NCBI GenBank assembly: GCA_903895845.1
Contig: CAITVK010000050.1
Span: forward strand, 4,171 to 68,170
Length of the DNA stretch: 64,000 nucleotides
Reading direction: 5' to 3'
Source of the DNA: an uncultured Chitinophagaceae bacterium
GTDB lineage: Bacteria; Bacteroidota; Bacteroidia; Chitinophagales; Chitinophagaceae
Made by a program: the position numbers and the translations under genes. The notes under the pieces are model-generated. The model was not told the origin of the DNA. It searched no databases and worked only from the letters and a program-made list of their open reading frames with translations. This document shows positions 8,272-17,988 of the stretch, piece by piece; the stretch's first letter is position 1; each line of letters starts with the position of its first letter.

Positions 8272-9564
8272 TTAAGAAACCATTGCTCCCAACTTTTCTA
8301 TATGCTGGTAGAAGTTAGGATATGACTTACTAACTGCTTCCGCTTCTTCGATAGTAACTGTACCATCTGCCCTCAAAGCAGCTACTGCACAAGCCATTGC
8401 AATACGATGATCGTGACGAGAATGAACAGTTGCGCTATGCAAACCATTACCACCGTTTACAATCATAATATCATCTTGCAAAACTATTTCAACTCCCATT
8501 TTAGCAAACTCATCTTGCAATGTTAATCCACGATTGCTTTCTTTATGAGCCAATCTACTTACGCCCTCAATCACCGTTTTACCCGTGCAATAAGAAGCCA
8601 ATGCAACCAATGGAGGGAACAAATCGGGACAATCGGTAGCGTCAAAATGAAAAGCTTGTAAAATACCGGTACCCCCGACCCCTAAAGGGGGAGTGGCAAC
8701 CTCAATTTGCTCTGATTGAATAGACAATTGACAGCCACAATCCATCAAAGCTTGTAGTATTGCTTTGTCTGCTTGGGTAGATTGGATGTCCAATCCTTTT
8801 ACCGTAATATCTCCTGCAATTGCACCAGCCACCAACAGGAAGGCAGCACCACTCCAATCACCTTCTACGGTGTATTCAATGCTACTTTTTTGTGCTGATT
8901 TATCAGCAGGATTTACTGTAAAGCTTTCGTAATTATTATTGATAATGCTATAGCCAAAGTCCTCTAGTACTTTAAGAGAAAGGTCTATATAAGGTTTGCT
9001 TTTTAAATCAGTAACAGAAATAGTGACTGGTTCAGTAGCTGAAGCAGCATAAGCAAACAATAATCCAGTTAGGAATTGAGAACTGAGTGAACCATCTACC
9101 GTAATTGCTTTTGGTTGTAATGGCCCTTGAATATGCAATGGAAGTTTACCTGCATTAGATGTAATTTGCACACCTAATTGTGGCAATATCTCATCGAAGA
9201 AATCCATTGGACGGGTCAATAAACTCCCCTTTCCATTAATAGTAATCTTACTTGAAGCCAATGAAAATATGGGTGTAAACATTCTGATGCCCAAGCCACT
9301 TTCGCCACAGTTAACTGTAATATCTTCGGTAGAAGTTAATCCTTTGGAATTAACAACTAGAAGCTCATCCTTATATTCAACAGTCGCTCCCAAATCTTGA
9401 ATCATCTGCACAGCAGCCTTATCATCGTTTGAGATTCCAGGATTATGTATAATGGTTTCTCCAACTTTCAATAAAGCCGCAGCACAAGCTCTTTGCATAG
9501 AACTTTTGGAAGCTGCGGCAGTAATAACTCCTTTTAGTGTAGATGGATGTATCGTTACAATCAC
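8272..9564 (-). CDS. aroA: 3-phosphoshikimate 1-carboxyvinyltransferase (EPSP synthase)
   Basis: 430-aa ORF. KSSMQRACAAALL, LGIRMF, SSQFLTGLL and HRIAMA are family-typical motifs. It sits between aroB and aroC. Confidence 0.9.
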   Translation of the reverse strand: MIVTIHPSTLKGVITAAASKSSMQRACAAALLKVGETIIHNPGISNDDKAAVQMIQDLGATVEYKDELLVVNSKGLTSTEDITVNCGESGLGIRMFTPIFSLASSKITINGKGSLLTRPMDFFDEILPQLGVQITSNAGKLPLHIQGPLQPKAITVDGSLSSQFLTGLLFAYAASATEPVTISVTDLKSKPYIDLSLKVLEDFGYSIINNNYESFTVNPADKSAQKSSIEYTVEGDWSGAAFLLVAGAIAGDITVKGLDIQSTQADKAILQALMDCGCQLSIQSEQIEVATPPLGVGGTGILQAFHFDATDCPDLFPPLVALASYCTGKTVIEGVSRLAHKESNRGLTLQDEFAKMGVEIVLQDDIMIVNGGNGLHSATVHSRHDHRIAMACAVAALRADGTVTIEEAEAVSKSYPNFYQHIEKLGAMVS

Positions 9565-9576
9565 AATATATACTGA

Positions 9577-10596
9577 TTAAAATGCTTTAATTATTTGTTC
9601 AATTTCTTCAATAGGGATTTGTTTTATCACCCCTTTGCCAATCTTTTCCAGTAGGATATAATTGATAGAATTTCTTTCTCTTTTCTTATCCATTTTCAAA
9701 ACATCTAATACAGCTGTCTTATCAAACTCAATGTTGGTTGGAAGTCCATAGTTTCCAATCACCTCTTTTACTTCTTTAGTTTGTTTAAAGCCAAGTAATT
9801 GTTCTGAAATAATGGCAGCATAAGCAGTTCCTATTGCAACCGCCTGCCCATGATACAATTCATACTTGTTTTCTAAAGCATGACCTAGTGTATGACCAAG
9901 GTTCAATAACTTTCTATCCGCTTTTTCAAACTCATCTTTCTGTACAACCTTGGTTTTTAGTTTCGCATTGCGCTCTACCAACTCAGCCAAAAGTTTCTTA
10001 TCTTTCTTGAATGTCGCTAACTTATTCGCTTTTAAAAGCTTAAACATGGCTGCATCTTTAATACAAGCATGTTTAATAATTTCAGCAAAACCATTGCTCC
10101 AATCGGCGTCAGTCAATGTTTGCAAAAGGCTTACATCATACAATAAAAACTTAGGCTGACGGATAATACCTACCATGTTTTTATATAGTCCTACATCTAT
10201 ACCATTCTTGCCACCAATGCTAGCATCAACCATTGCCAATAAGGTAGTTGGCACAAAACCAAAGGCAATACCACGCATATAAACACTGGCAACATAGCCC
10301 GTCATATCCGTAATTACGCCACCACCGATACCAACTAAGGTTGTTTTTCTATCAGCTTGTAATTCTATTAACTGATTGATGATGCTATCAACAGTAGATT
10401 GATTCTTATGCTTTTCTCCCGATGGAACAACAATTGTTTTGAAACCCTTGAACTTTGCTTGGTGCAAGCCGTGAATAGTCTCATCGGTAATGATAATTGT
10501 ATTATCTACCTGAACAATCTCTTTCAGTTGTTTAATGGAAGCATCAAAGTAGTAATCAACAGAAGCAGTAGTAAATTTGAAAGTCTGTTTTTTCAT
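9577..10596 (-). CDS. aroB: 3-dehydroquinate synthase
   Basis: The ORF track gives 9577-10638; I prefer the ATG at 10596 (MKKQTFKF...). GGGVITDMTGYVAS and GHTLGHALE are motifs of the family. Confidence 0.85.
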   Translation of the reverse strand: MKKQTFKFTTASVDYYFDASIKQLKEIVQVDNTIIITDETIHGLHQAKFKGFKTIVVPSGEKHKNQSTVDSIINQLIELQADRKTTLVGIGGGVITDMTGYVASVYMRGIAFGFVPTTLLAMVDASIGGKNGIDVGLYKNMVGIIRQPKFLLYDVSLLQTLTDADWSNGFAEIIKHACIKDAAMFKLLKANKLATFKKDKKLLAELVERNAKLKTKVVQKDEFEKADRKLLNLGHTLGHALENKYELYHGQAVAIGTAYAAIISEQLLGFKQTKEVKEVIGNYGLPTNIEFDKTAVLDVLKMDKKRERNSINYILLEKIGKGVIKQIPIEEIEQIIKAF

Positions 10597-10640
10597 GCAC
10601 ACATCCCTTTTAGTGAGGGGCATTGGGGGATTTAACAAAG

Positions 10641-10669
10641 AAAGTACCCTGCTTAGGGCAGGGTACTTT
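10641..10669 (-). terminator. 12-bp-stem hairpin between the DAHP synthase-CM gene and aroB (terminator or attenuator)
   Basis: aaagtaccctgc / ttagg / gcagggtacttt. It starts 6 nt after the stop at 10675. Confidence 0.45.
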
Positions 10670-10674
10670 TTATA

Positions 10675-11769
10675 CTAGGAATTCATTATCTTATTCTGGT
10701 GATTGATGCTTTCCATGTGAACAGCATCGAAGTATTTAGTGATAAATTCTTTGCTTAGTCCTAGTTTATCACCTTTTGCGAAGGCACGCTCTAGGATTTC
10801 ATTCCAACGGTTAGTCTGCAAGATGGTAATATTATTTTCCTTCTTGTAGGTGCCAATTTTTTCAGCAACTTTAATACGTTGACCAAGAATCTGCATCAAT
10901 TCATCATCTAATTGATTAATTTGTTGACGTAATTTTTCCAATGCAGCATGATATTCTTCAGATGCCACGTCTTCTTTTCTCCAACGGATGTTACCAAGCA
11001 TTTCACCTAATCTCTCAGGAGTAACTTGTTGTTTGGCATCACTCCAAGCGTGATCCGGGTCAACATGACTTTCGATGATTAAACCATCAAAATCTAAGTC
11101 AATTGCTTTTTGTGCAACTTCTTGCAAAATATCACGACGACCACAGATATGTGAAGGATCATTGATAATCATCAATTCAGGGTAGCGACGTTTCATTTCA
11201 ATAGCCAGATGCCACATCGGTGCATTTCTGTATTCCGTGTTTCCGTAGCTGCTAAATCCTCTGTGTATCAAGCCTATTTGTTTAATACCGGCTTTTGCAA
11301 CTCTTTCAACTGCACCAATCCACAACTCTAAGTCAGGATTAATTGGATTCTTAATTAGTACAGGCACATCAACACCACGAAGTGCATCTGCAATTTCCTG
11401 TACGCTAAATGGATTAACAGTTGTTCTAGCACCCAACCAAAGGATGTCTACATCAAAATGCAGTGCATCTTCCACTTGTTTTGCTGTAGCTACTTCTACT
11501 GCAACTGGCAAACCTGTAATCTTTTTGGCTGCTTGCATCCAAGGCAATCCTTTTGTTCCAATTCCTTCAAAACTTCCAGGACGTGTACGTGGTTTCCAAA
11601 TACCAGCTCTCATAACATCTACTTTTCCAGTAGCAGCCAATCCAGTAGCTGTTGCTAATACTTGTTCTTCTGTTTCTGCGCTGCAAGGTCCGCTAATAAT
11701 TAACGGTCTTTTGCTCCATGCTTTTTGCGTAACCTCTTTCATTGTCGGGCTTGCAATAGTTGCTTCCAT
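10675..11769 (-). CDS. Bifunctional 3-deoxy-7-phosphoheptulonate (DAHP) synthase / chorismate mutase
   Basis: The ORF opens at GTG 11787; the first ATG is at 11769 (MEATIASP...). The KDO8PS-like type I-beta DAHPS core is followed by a C-terminal type II chorismate mutase helix bundle (LRQQINQLDDELMQILGQRIKVAEKIGTYK). Confidence 0.85.
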   Translation of the reverse strand: MEATIASPTMKEVTQKAWSKRPLIISGPCSAETEEQVLATATGLAATGKVDVMRAGIWKPRTRPGSFEGIGTKGLPWMQAAKKITGLPVAVEVATAKQVEDALHFDVDILWLGARTTVNPFSVQEIADALRGVDVPVLIKNPINPDLELWIGAVERVAKAGIKQIGLIHRGFSSYGNTEYRNAPMWHLAIEMKRRYPELMIINDPSHICGRRDILQEVAQKAIDLDFDGLIIESHVDPDHAWSDAKQQVTPERLGEMLGNIRWRKEDVASEEYHAALEKLRQQINQLDDELMQILGQRIKVAEKIGTYKKENNITILQTNRWNEILERAFAKGDKLGLSKEFITKYFDAVHMESINHQNKIMNS

Positions 11770-11887
11770 TTTTGTTGTTTTATTCACATAATGACGACTC
11801 CATCGGTCTAGAACATTATGCTACATGAGTGATAATAAGTACGTATTTATTGTTTCAGGTTCAGGTTACCTGCATCTTGTAACAGGG

Positions 11888-13588
11888 TTATCTGCTATTT
11901 GCATCATTCATTCTGATGCGTCTGCCTTTATAATTCTTGCCATCCAAACAACGAATCATCTGGTGAGCAGCTCCTTGTTCTACTTCAACCCAACTATTCA
12001 TGTCTTTCATATCTATCCTTCCAAGCACTTCTTTTTTCAAGTCGCTCATGTCTAGAATGAATTGCAAGAAACTAGCTTTATAAAAACCGTCTTTAGTCCC
12101 AAGGTTTACAAACAATCTAGCGTAACCTGATGCTGCGTTATTTCCTCCACCATAGCTACTTCTTTCTTGTCTTTCTCCTCTCGGTTCGAAACGAATCCGC
12201 TCACGACCACTATTTGCCCCTCTTTCATTGCCAAACTCACGTGATTTTTGTCTGCCGCCATCTCTCAGGTTGAGGTCTTCTGCATTTTCGTAGTATTTCA
12301 AGAATCTATCAAACTCTACCGCAGCCAATCTTTTCAAAATATCCTCCTTACTTACATCTGCAAATTTTTCTTCAAGCATTGGTAAGTAAGTATCGTAATC
12401 TCCATGAGATATATCGGTGTTCAACAATTTATCCATTACGGCGTAAAACTGTTTTCTACAAACGTCTTTGCCAGTAGGAATATCTACACGATTAAATGTA
12501 GATTGTATTAGTTTTTCTATTGCTTTTAACTTGAATGTTTCACGAGCGTGAACGATGCTCATACAGATACCCGTATTTCCAGCACGGCCGGTTCTACCAC
12601 TACGGTGTGTATAAACTTCGATATCATCAGGAAGTTCGTAATTGATTACGTGTGTAATTCCTTGTACATCAATACCACGTGCAGCTACGTCTGTAGCAAT
12701 TAGCAATTGTAATGTTTTATCGCGAAACTCGCCCATTACTTTATCACGTTGTGCCTGTGTTAAATCACCATGAAGAGCATCAATATCATAACCTTCACGG
12801 GTTAGCTTTTCAGCAATATCTTGCGCATCAACCTTAGTCCTTGTAAATATGATACCATATATGCCTGGATTAAAGTCTATCAAACGCTTTAAAGTTTCAT
12901 AACGATGTTGTGCAGAAGTGATGTAGTATTGGTGGTCTATATTTTTGTTGCCGCTGTTTACTTTGCCAACTGTTACCTCAAAAGGTTCGTTCATGTATTT
13001 CTTACTCACCTTTCTTATCTCTGGTGGCATGGTAGCACTGAATAACCAGGTACTTTCACGTTGTGGGGTATTTTGCAGGATGAATTCTATATCATCTTTA
13101 AAACCCATGTTCAACATTTCATCAGCCTCATCAAGCACTACATACTTAATCTGACCAAGATCAATTGCTTTTCTTTCAATCAAATCTATCAAACGGCCAG
13201 GAGTTGCAACAACAATCTGAACACCACGTTTCAAATCTCTAATTTGTAGGCCAATGCTTGCACCTCCATATACTGCTACAACAGAAACACCTTTAATATG
13301 TTTCTTAAAAAGCTCTACTTCATTCACTATTTGCATGCACAATTCCCTTGTAGGGCAAACAATCAATGCTTGTGGAAAACGATCTTCTGCATTTATAATA
13401 TGTAGTAGTGGCAAGCCAAATGCTGCCGTTTTTCCTGTTCCTGTTTGAGCAAGACCAATAAAGTCTTTAGTGCCTGAAAGCAATACTGGTATTGCCTTTT
13501 CTTGTATTTGTGTTGGGTTCACATACCCCAGTTCTGTAACGGCTTGTACAAGCCTCGCATCCAACCCCAACTCTTCAAAAGTTATCAT
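11888..13588 (-). CDS. deaD: DEAD-box ATP-dependent RNA helicase with a C-terminal DbpA-type RNA-binding domain
   Basis: 566-aa ORF with AQTGTGKT, DEAD (VLDEADEM), SAT and HRSGRTGRAG motifs, an RG-rich linker and a DbpA-like tail. Confidence 0.9.
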   Translation of the reverse strand: MITFEELGLDARLVQAVTELGYVNPTQIQEKAIPVLLSGTKDFIGLAQTGTGKTAAFGLPLLHIINAEDRFPQALIVCPTRELCMQIVNEVELFKKHIKGVSVVAVYGGASIGLQIRDLKRGVQIVVATPGRLIDLIERKAIDLGQIKYVVLDEADEMLNMGFKDDIEFILQNTPQRESTWLFSATMPPEIRKVSKKYMNEPFEVTVGKVNSGNKNIDHQYYITSAQHRYETLKRLIDFNPGIYGIIFTRTKVDAQDIAEKLTREGYDIDALHGDLTQAQRDKVMGEFRDKTLQLLIATDVAARGIDVQGITHVINYELPDDIEVYTHRSGRTGRAGNTGICMSIVHARETFKLKAIEKLIQSTFNRVDIPTGKDVCRKQFYAVMDKLLNTDISHGDYDTYLPMLEEKFADVSKEDILKRLAAVEFDRFLKYYENAEDLNLRDGGRQKSREFGNERGANSGRERIRFEPRGERQERSSYGGGNNAASGYARLFVNLGTKDGFYKASFLQFILDMSDLKKEVLGRIDMKDMNSWVEVEQGAAHQMIRCLDGKNYKGRRIRMNDANSR

Positions 13589-13843
13589 CTATTTCTTATA
13601 ATTTGGCGCAAAAGTAACTTAATTTAATGCCTTAACCTATATTTTCTTTAATTGGCATACAATATTGTCTGAAAATACTACTCAAACTACAGGACTGTGT
13701 ACTGCATTCTGTCTTCTGATTTTTTTTTAATCACTGCTGCCAGTAGCTAAAAAAGACAAAATAAAGCGGGTTTCAGTATTTTATTCAGCAATTATTATTT
13801 CCATAACACTTGAGAGTTGTACTTTTACCGCAAAATAGTAAGT

Positions 13844-14185
13844 ATGAAACTTTTTGTAGGCGGATTATCCCCAAATTTGGATGAAGTAGATTTTAAAGAA
13901 ATGTTTGAATTGTATGGCTCAGTTCAGTCAGCAATTTTAGTAACGGATAAAAATACAGGAAAAAGCAAAGGCTTTGGTTTTATTGATATGCCAAACGATA
14001 CTGAGGGAAAAGAGGCAATGGACTTATTGGATGGGGTAGCTATTTTTGGAAAAAAGATTGCAGTTAAGGTAGCAGAAGATCAACCACGAAAAACTTCCAC
14101 TGATTTTAACTACAGAAGCAATGACAGGAATGACAGCAGGGGAAACAGATTTGAACCAAGAAACAACGACAGGAGAAGATATTAA
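13844..14185 (+). CDS. RRM-type RNA-binding protein
   Basis: The ORF track starts at TTG 13817; I prefer ATG 13844 (MKLFVGGL). It has RNP-1 KGFGFIDM and an RN/RG-rich tail. It is divergent from the DEAD-box helicase gene. Confidence 0.85.
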   Translation: MKLFVGGLSPNLDEVDFKEMFELYGSVQSAILVTDKNTGKSKGFGFIDMPNDTEGKEAMDLLDGVAIFGKKIAVKVAEDQPRKTSTDFNYRSNDRNDSRGNRFEPRNNDRRRY

Positions 14186-14321
14186 TCCCACTTTTTGGGG
14201 TGTTTTATCATTAAGTATTAAATCTTTTTTACGGGTCAAGAAAATAAAACTATACAATTAGCGTTAGTTTATGAGCCAAATAGCTATTTTACACTAATTT
14301 ATAGACATTAAACGCATTTGA

Positions 14322-14987
14322 ATGAATAAGTTTTTTACAATAGCAATCCTTGCGATTATTATAGTTGCACAGTCCTGCGCCCCCAAAAAGCCCATTCATC
14401 AGGTGCAACAACCTGCTGCGGCGCGTACTGAACCCCCAACAGCAAAGGATCCTTATGTGCCTTTTACAAGAGACCTTTTTGATAAGTTGAGTGCCAACAA
14501 TATTGACATAAAACAAGTTCAATTTTATATTGATCAGCAACTGGTTCTGACCCGTTTTTTGAGTAATGACCAGATTGCAGTGAAAAATGGTGTCATCAAG
14601 TTCAATAATGGGAAGTATGTGAACGAAATTATTTTCCCTCAATACACTCCAGTTATCTGCGATGCCATCGAAGGGGATGGTTTGCGGGTTAAGGCAGAAA
14701 ATGGCACCAATACATTGAAGTTCTTGAACTCAAAACAATATTCGCCGATTAACTACATCTTCAATCCCGACAAGTGGAACAAAGATGGTTCTTGCGAAGC
14801 TTTATATAATGGCAACAGATATACAGTTGTATGTCCTACTTGCTCCACCAATTCTCCCAACGAGGCAAAACTTGTTGTGAAACAAAGTGCTTCCGATAAT
14901 TTGGACCATCAAACCACTACGATACCGGGTATTAAGGTTGGAGGTAATTACATTGGCAATAACGGTAACAACAATCCGCCCCACTAG
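14322..14987 (+). CDS. Hypothetical lipoprotein
   Basis: 221-aa ORF with a lipobox-like N-terminus (MNKFFTIAILAIIIVAQSC). I recognise no family. Confidence 0.55.
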   Translation: MNKFFTIAILAIIIVAQSCAPKKPIHQVQQPAAARTEPPTAKDPYVPFTRDLFDKLSANNIDIKQVQFYIDQQLVLTRFLSNDQIAVKNGVIKFNNGKYVNEIIFPQYTPVICDAIEGDGLRVKAENGTNTLKFLNSKQYSPINYIFNPDKWNKDGSCEALYNGNRYTVVCPTCSTNSPNEAKLVVKQSASDNLDHQTTTIPGIKVGGNYIGNNGNNNPPH

Positions 14988-15016
14988 AACGAATAGTTGA
15001 TTTCAACAATAAATAA

Positions 15017-15049
15017 AGAGCATGAGATAAGGAAACTTACTCATGCTCT
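15017..15049 (+). terminator. Rho-independent-like terminator after the lipoprotein gene
   Basis: agagcatgag ... ctcatgctct (10-bp stem) followed by tttgtatt. Confidence 0.55.
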
Positions 15050-15055
15050 TTTGTA

Positions 15056-15217
15056 TTAGACAGTAATAAGCTTATCTATATTATGATCAGTTAATAAATG
15101 TACGTTCTTAGTAATCTTATCTATATCCCAATTCCACCACTCTAAATTCAATAGAAGTTTGATTTGATGCTCAGAAAACCTCTTTTTGATTGGTTGTAAG
15201 TTAGAACCAGCTAGTAT
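15056..15217 (-). pseudogene. Relic of the C-terminus of a Vat/CatB-type (hexapeptide) xenobiotic acetyltransferase
   Basis: Hand translation of the minus strand gives ILAGSNLQPIKKRFSEHQIKLLLNLEWWNWDIDKITKNVHLLTDHNIDKLITV*. The RF-x5-I-x2-LL-x3-WW-x-W-x-I-x-KI pattern is characteristic of that family's C-terminal helix. There is no start codon and no upstream hexapeptide-repeat body. Confidence 0.45.
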
Positions 15218-15257
15218 TCAAAACTGTATTCGCTAATAGTTGTGAAGTATAACTTTG

Positions 15258-16346
15258 CTATTTTTCTACCACTACAATATTACTATCACTAGCAGCTAGC
15301 GGCACTTTTTTCTTTTCTAACAATGCAATGATATCGAGATTTATTGCCTCTCGCATAAAATTGAAATCGGCTAGTGTCTGGCTGATGTCTGTAAAATACA
15401 TTACTTCTATCACGTGGGCGTTTCTGCCCGTATCTTTCAGGTAAACAGAATAATTCTGTATCTCGGGATGCTTTAATAATTCGCTGATAGCTGGTGACAA
15501 TTCTTTCAACTGTGCCGCCTTCACAGATACACTTATCTCCAGGTTTGTAGTTACCCTTCGCTGTATCCTGCGGCTGAGATTGTCTACAATACTATCTACC
15601 ATTTGCTTGTTGGGTACCGAGATGTATGTTTTTTCCTCGGTGCGGATACGTGTACTTCTCAAGCCAATCTTCTCAATCACCCCAATCATATTGTTCACTT
15701 TAATGTTATCTCCTACCATAAATGGCTTATCGAAGAAGATAATAAAAGAGGCAATCAGGTTTTCCAGACTTTCTTTGGTGGCCAAGGCCAAGGCGGCTCC
15801 TACAAGGCTCAGACCAGTGACTATATTGCCAATTTCTTTGTGGAATCCAAACTTTAATATCATTAATAATCCAAAGATTCCTAGTATCATTTTAAAGAAG
15901 TCTTTAAAGAATATCACTAACTGACTTTCGGCATGATCGCTTGTTTTGATAGCGCTTTCTTCCAGAATCATGGCTACAAAGTCTATTGCCCGCAAGCAAA
16001 GCCACGTGAATGTTACAACCAAGGCAATACTTGTGGCTGAGTCGACCACCTGAAACAATGAGACTTTATATATATTGAAATCGAGCTCTTTGGGATAGGT
16101 TAATTTGTCTAACGCTACAAAAGCAATAAAAAGAAAAAGAAAATTCTCTAATGGAGGCAGAATCAGGTTGATAAAGGCTATCTTATTTAGCTTCTTTCCA
16201 GTTCTTGCCACCAGTTTAAACAACAAGGTAGCGAAGTACTTCGAAATAAAGCGCTTGAGCAGAATAGCCAGAATAATGGATACAAACACACATAGATATG
16301 CCGATATGGTGTTGTTATAAAACTCTTTATGAAGGAAACTATACAT
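15258..16346 (-). CDS. Mechanosensitive ion channel (MscS) family protein
   Basis: The ORF opens at TTG 16355; the first ATG is at 16346. It has multiple TM helices followed by PFMVGDNIKVNNMIGVIEKIGLRSTRIRT, typical of the MscS beta domain. Confidence 0.8.
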   Translation of the reverse strand: MYSFLHKEFYNNTISAYLCVFVSIILAILLKRFISKYFATLLFKLVARTGKKLNKIAFINLILPPLENFLFLFIAFVALDKLTYPKELDFNIYKVSLFQVVDSATSIALVVTFTWLCLRAIDFVAMILEESAIKTSDHAESQLVIFFKDFFKMILGIFGLLMILKFGFHKEIGNIVTGLSLVGAALALATKESLENLIASFIIFFDKPFMVGDNIKVNNMIGVIEKIGLRSTRIRTEEKTYISVPNKQMVDSIVDNLSRRIQRRVTTNLEISVSVKAAQLKELSPAISELLKHPEIQNYSVYLKDTGRNAHVIEVMYFTDISQTLADFNFMREAINLDIIALLEKKKVPLAASDSNIVVVEK

Positions 16347-16492
16347 CAGCCGCAATGTAAAGCAACTTTTTGAAACGCGTTATCTCTGATGGATGATTTT
16401 GTTTTTTTATTGTCTAAAAAGAGGAATAAAAAATGAAATTAAAGTAGTGCTTTAGAAGGTTTACTGAAGTGAAATCTTCCTTTGGGATATGT

Positions 16493-16597
16493 TTTTTTGC
16501 CACAAAGCCCCAAAGACAGAAAGAAGTACCAGGTATTTACTTTTTTTCTTTCTTCCCTTTGTGCTGATTAGAGTCTTAGCGTCTTTGTGACGAAAAA
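16493..16597. repeat. Long imperfect inverted repeat containing CACAAAG words
   Basis: The left arm is ttttttgccacaaagccccaaagacagaaagaag. The right arm is ...ctttcttccctttgtgctgattagagtcttagcgtctttgtgacgaaaaa. It lies in the satP 3' region. Confidence 0.4.
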
Positions 16598-16709
16598 TAC
16601 AGCATATATCCTTTACCACTACCGAGATTTTAAATAGAAAAAGCGCATTTCCTGTAAGTATTAAACACCCACAGAAAATACGCTTTCAACCCTCTAATAA
16701 GCAATATTG

Positions 16710-17297
16710 TTACCTTGCAACAGGCCCTATTGGAAGAACGACCTTTCCATAAACCTCATTAAGCAAAACAGCCACGCCTGTATAAATGGCAGAACCACCA
16801 CAGATGATACCTTCAAAACCAGTAAATTGTTTGATGGTGGCGTTTCCGGTTGCATCGCCAATGGCCAGCAAAAAGAATAAAATAGTCAGGCTAGCAAATA
16901 CAAATTGCAATGCTTTGTTCAGTCTCAATGTTCCAAAGAACAAAAGGAATGTGAAGATGCCCCACATTACCAGATAGGCAATCATACCGGGATAGGATGT
17001 CTTGTCTATCCAACCTAGTTTTGGAAAAACAATCAGGCCTACCAGAGAAAGCCAGAAGAACCCATAAGAAGTGAAAGCTGTAAGCCCGAACGTGTTGTTC
17101 TTTTTAGCTTCGAGGATGCCGGCAATCACTTGGGCAAGTCCTCCGTAGAAGATACCCATTCCTAAAATCATGGAATTCAATTCATAAAAACCTGCATTGT
17201 GCAGGTTCAGCAGAACCGTTGTCATTCCAAAAGCAAGTAATCCCAATGGGCCGGGATTAGCAGAAGTGTCTTTAAGCGCAATCGTTGTTTGATCCAT
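16710..17297 (-). CDS. satP: GPR1/FUN34/YaaH family acetate/succinate transporter
   Basis: 195-aa ORF with the NPGPLGLLAFGMTT signature and six TM segments. Confidence 0.85.
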   Translation of the reverse strand: MDQTTIALKDTSANPGPLGLLAFGMTTVLLNLHNAGFYELNSMILGMGIFYGGLAQVIAGILEAKKNNTFGLTAFTSYGFFWLSLVGLIVFPKLGWIDKTSYPGMIAYLVMWGIFTFLLFFGTLRLNKALQFVFASLTILFFLLAIGDATGNATIKQFTGFEGIICGGSAIYTGVAVLLNEVYGKVVLPIGPVAR

Positions 17298-17768
17298 AAA
17301 TCGTTTTTTTAGTTAGAAATAAGTTGCTAAGATATTTTTTAAAAGGATAAACGCTACAAAAGGGCAAACTTTTTTTTTCGGCCTCGTTTGCACTCTATTT
17401 TAAATAGATTTGAGGACGAGCATTTGTTGTTTAATCTTTATTAGCAAAGACAGAATAAATAACGGGGGTGTTTTTATTCTTTCCGTTATCTAGAAAATGA
17501 AAAATAAAGATAATCTGATTTGTAGGTGTACAGTCAACTACTAGATGGATTACACTTTTATATATGGTTAGGGGTTGTTTGGACAGTAGGAATAGTTTGT
17601 ATCCGCAGACATAATATTGAAAAAGAAGCTAGCGACCAGAGTTGCAACCGGCAGCTATTCTATGCCCAAGTACTCAAAAAATAATCAAGTATACGCTTTT
17701 TATCTTGCTTTTTTCACGGCACCTATCCTGCAATTGTAAAAGCCTCACCTAAATGTACCTTTTTATGC

Positions 17769-17988
17769 CATTATTCAAGCATTCCACGTCATTATTTATG
17801 TATTACGGATGATTATTCATGCATGATGCGTCATTATTCATGCTTGTTGCGAGACTATTCAAGCATTCCACGTGATTAATTAAGCATTACGGATGATTAT
17901 TTATGCTTGTTGCGTCATTATTTAAGCTTAAATAATGACGTGGAATGCTTAATTAATGACGTGGAATGCTTAAATAATGCGCTGTTGA
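17769..17988. repeat. 21-bp tandem array C: 8 direct units (core SATTATTYAWGC) followed by 3 inverted units
   Basis: The ATTATT-type core starts at 17770, 17791, 17812, 17833, 17854, 17875, 17896 and 17917. Inverted units (gcttaaWtaatgacgtggaat) start at 17926, 17947 and 17968. The junction is a perfect 28-bp palindrome (17913-17940) centred on AAGCTT. Confidence 0.9.

Noticed and set aside
17497-17544. 15-aa mini-ORF MKNKDNLICRCTVNY as a possible signalling-peptide precursor for the LytTR protein
   Set aside because: It has no leader or processing motif, no transporter or kinase nearby, and ORFs this short arise by chance. It is kept only as a note under the ORF-free-region finding.
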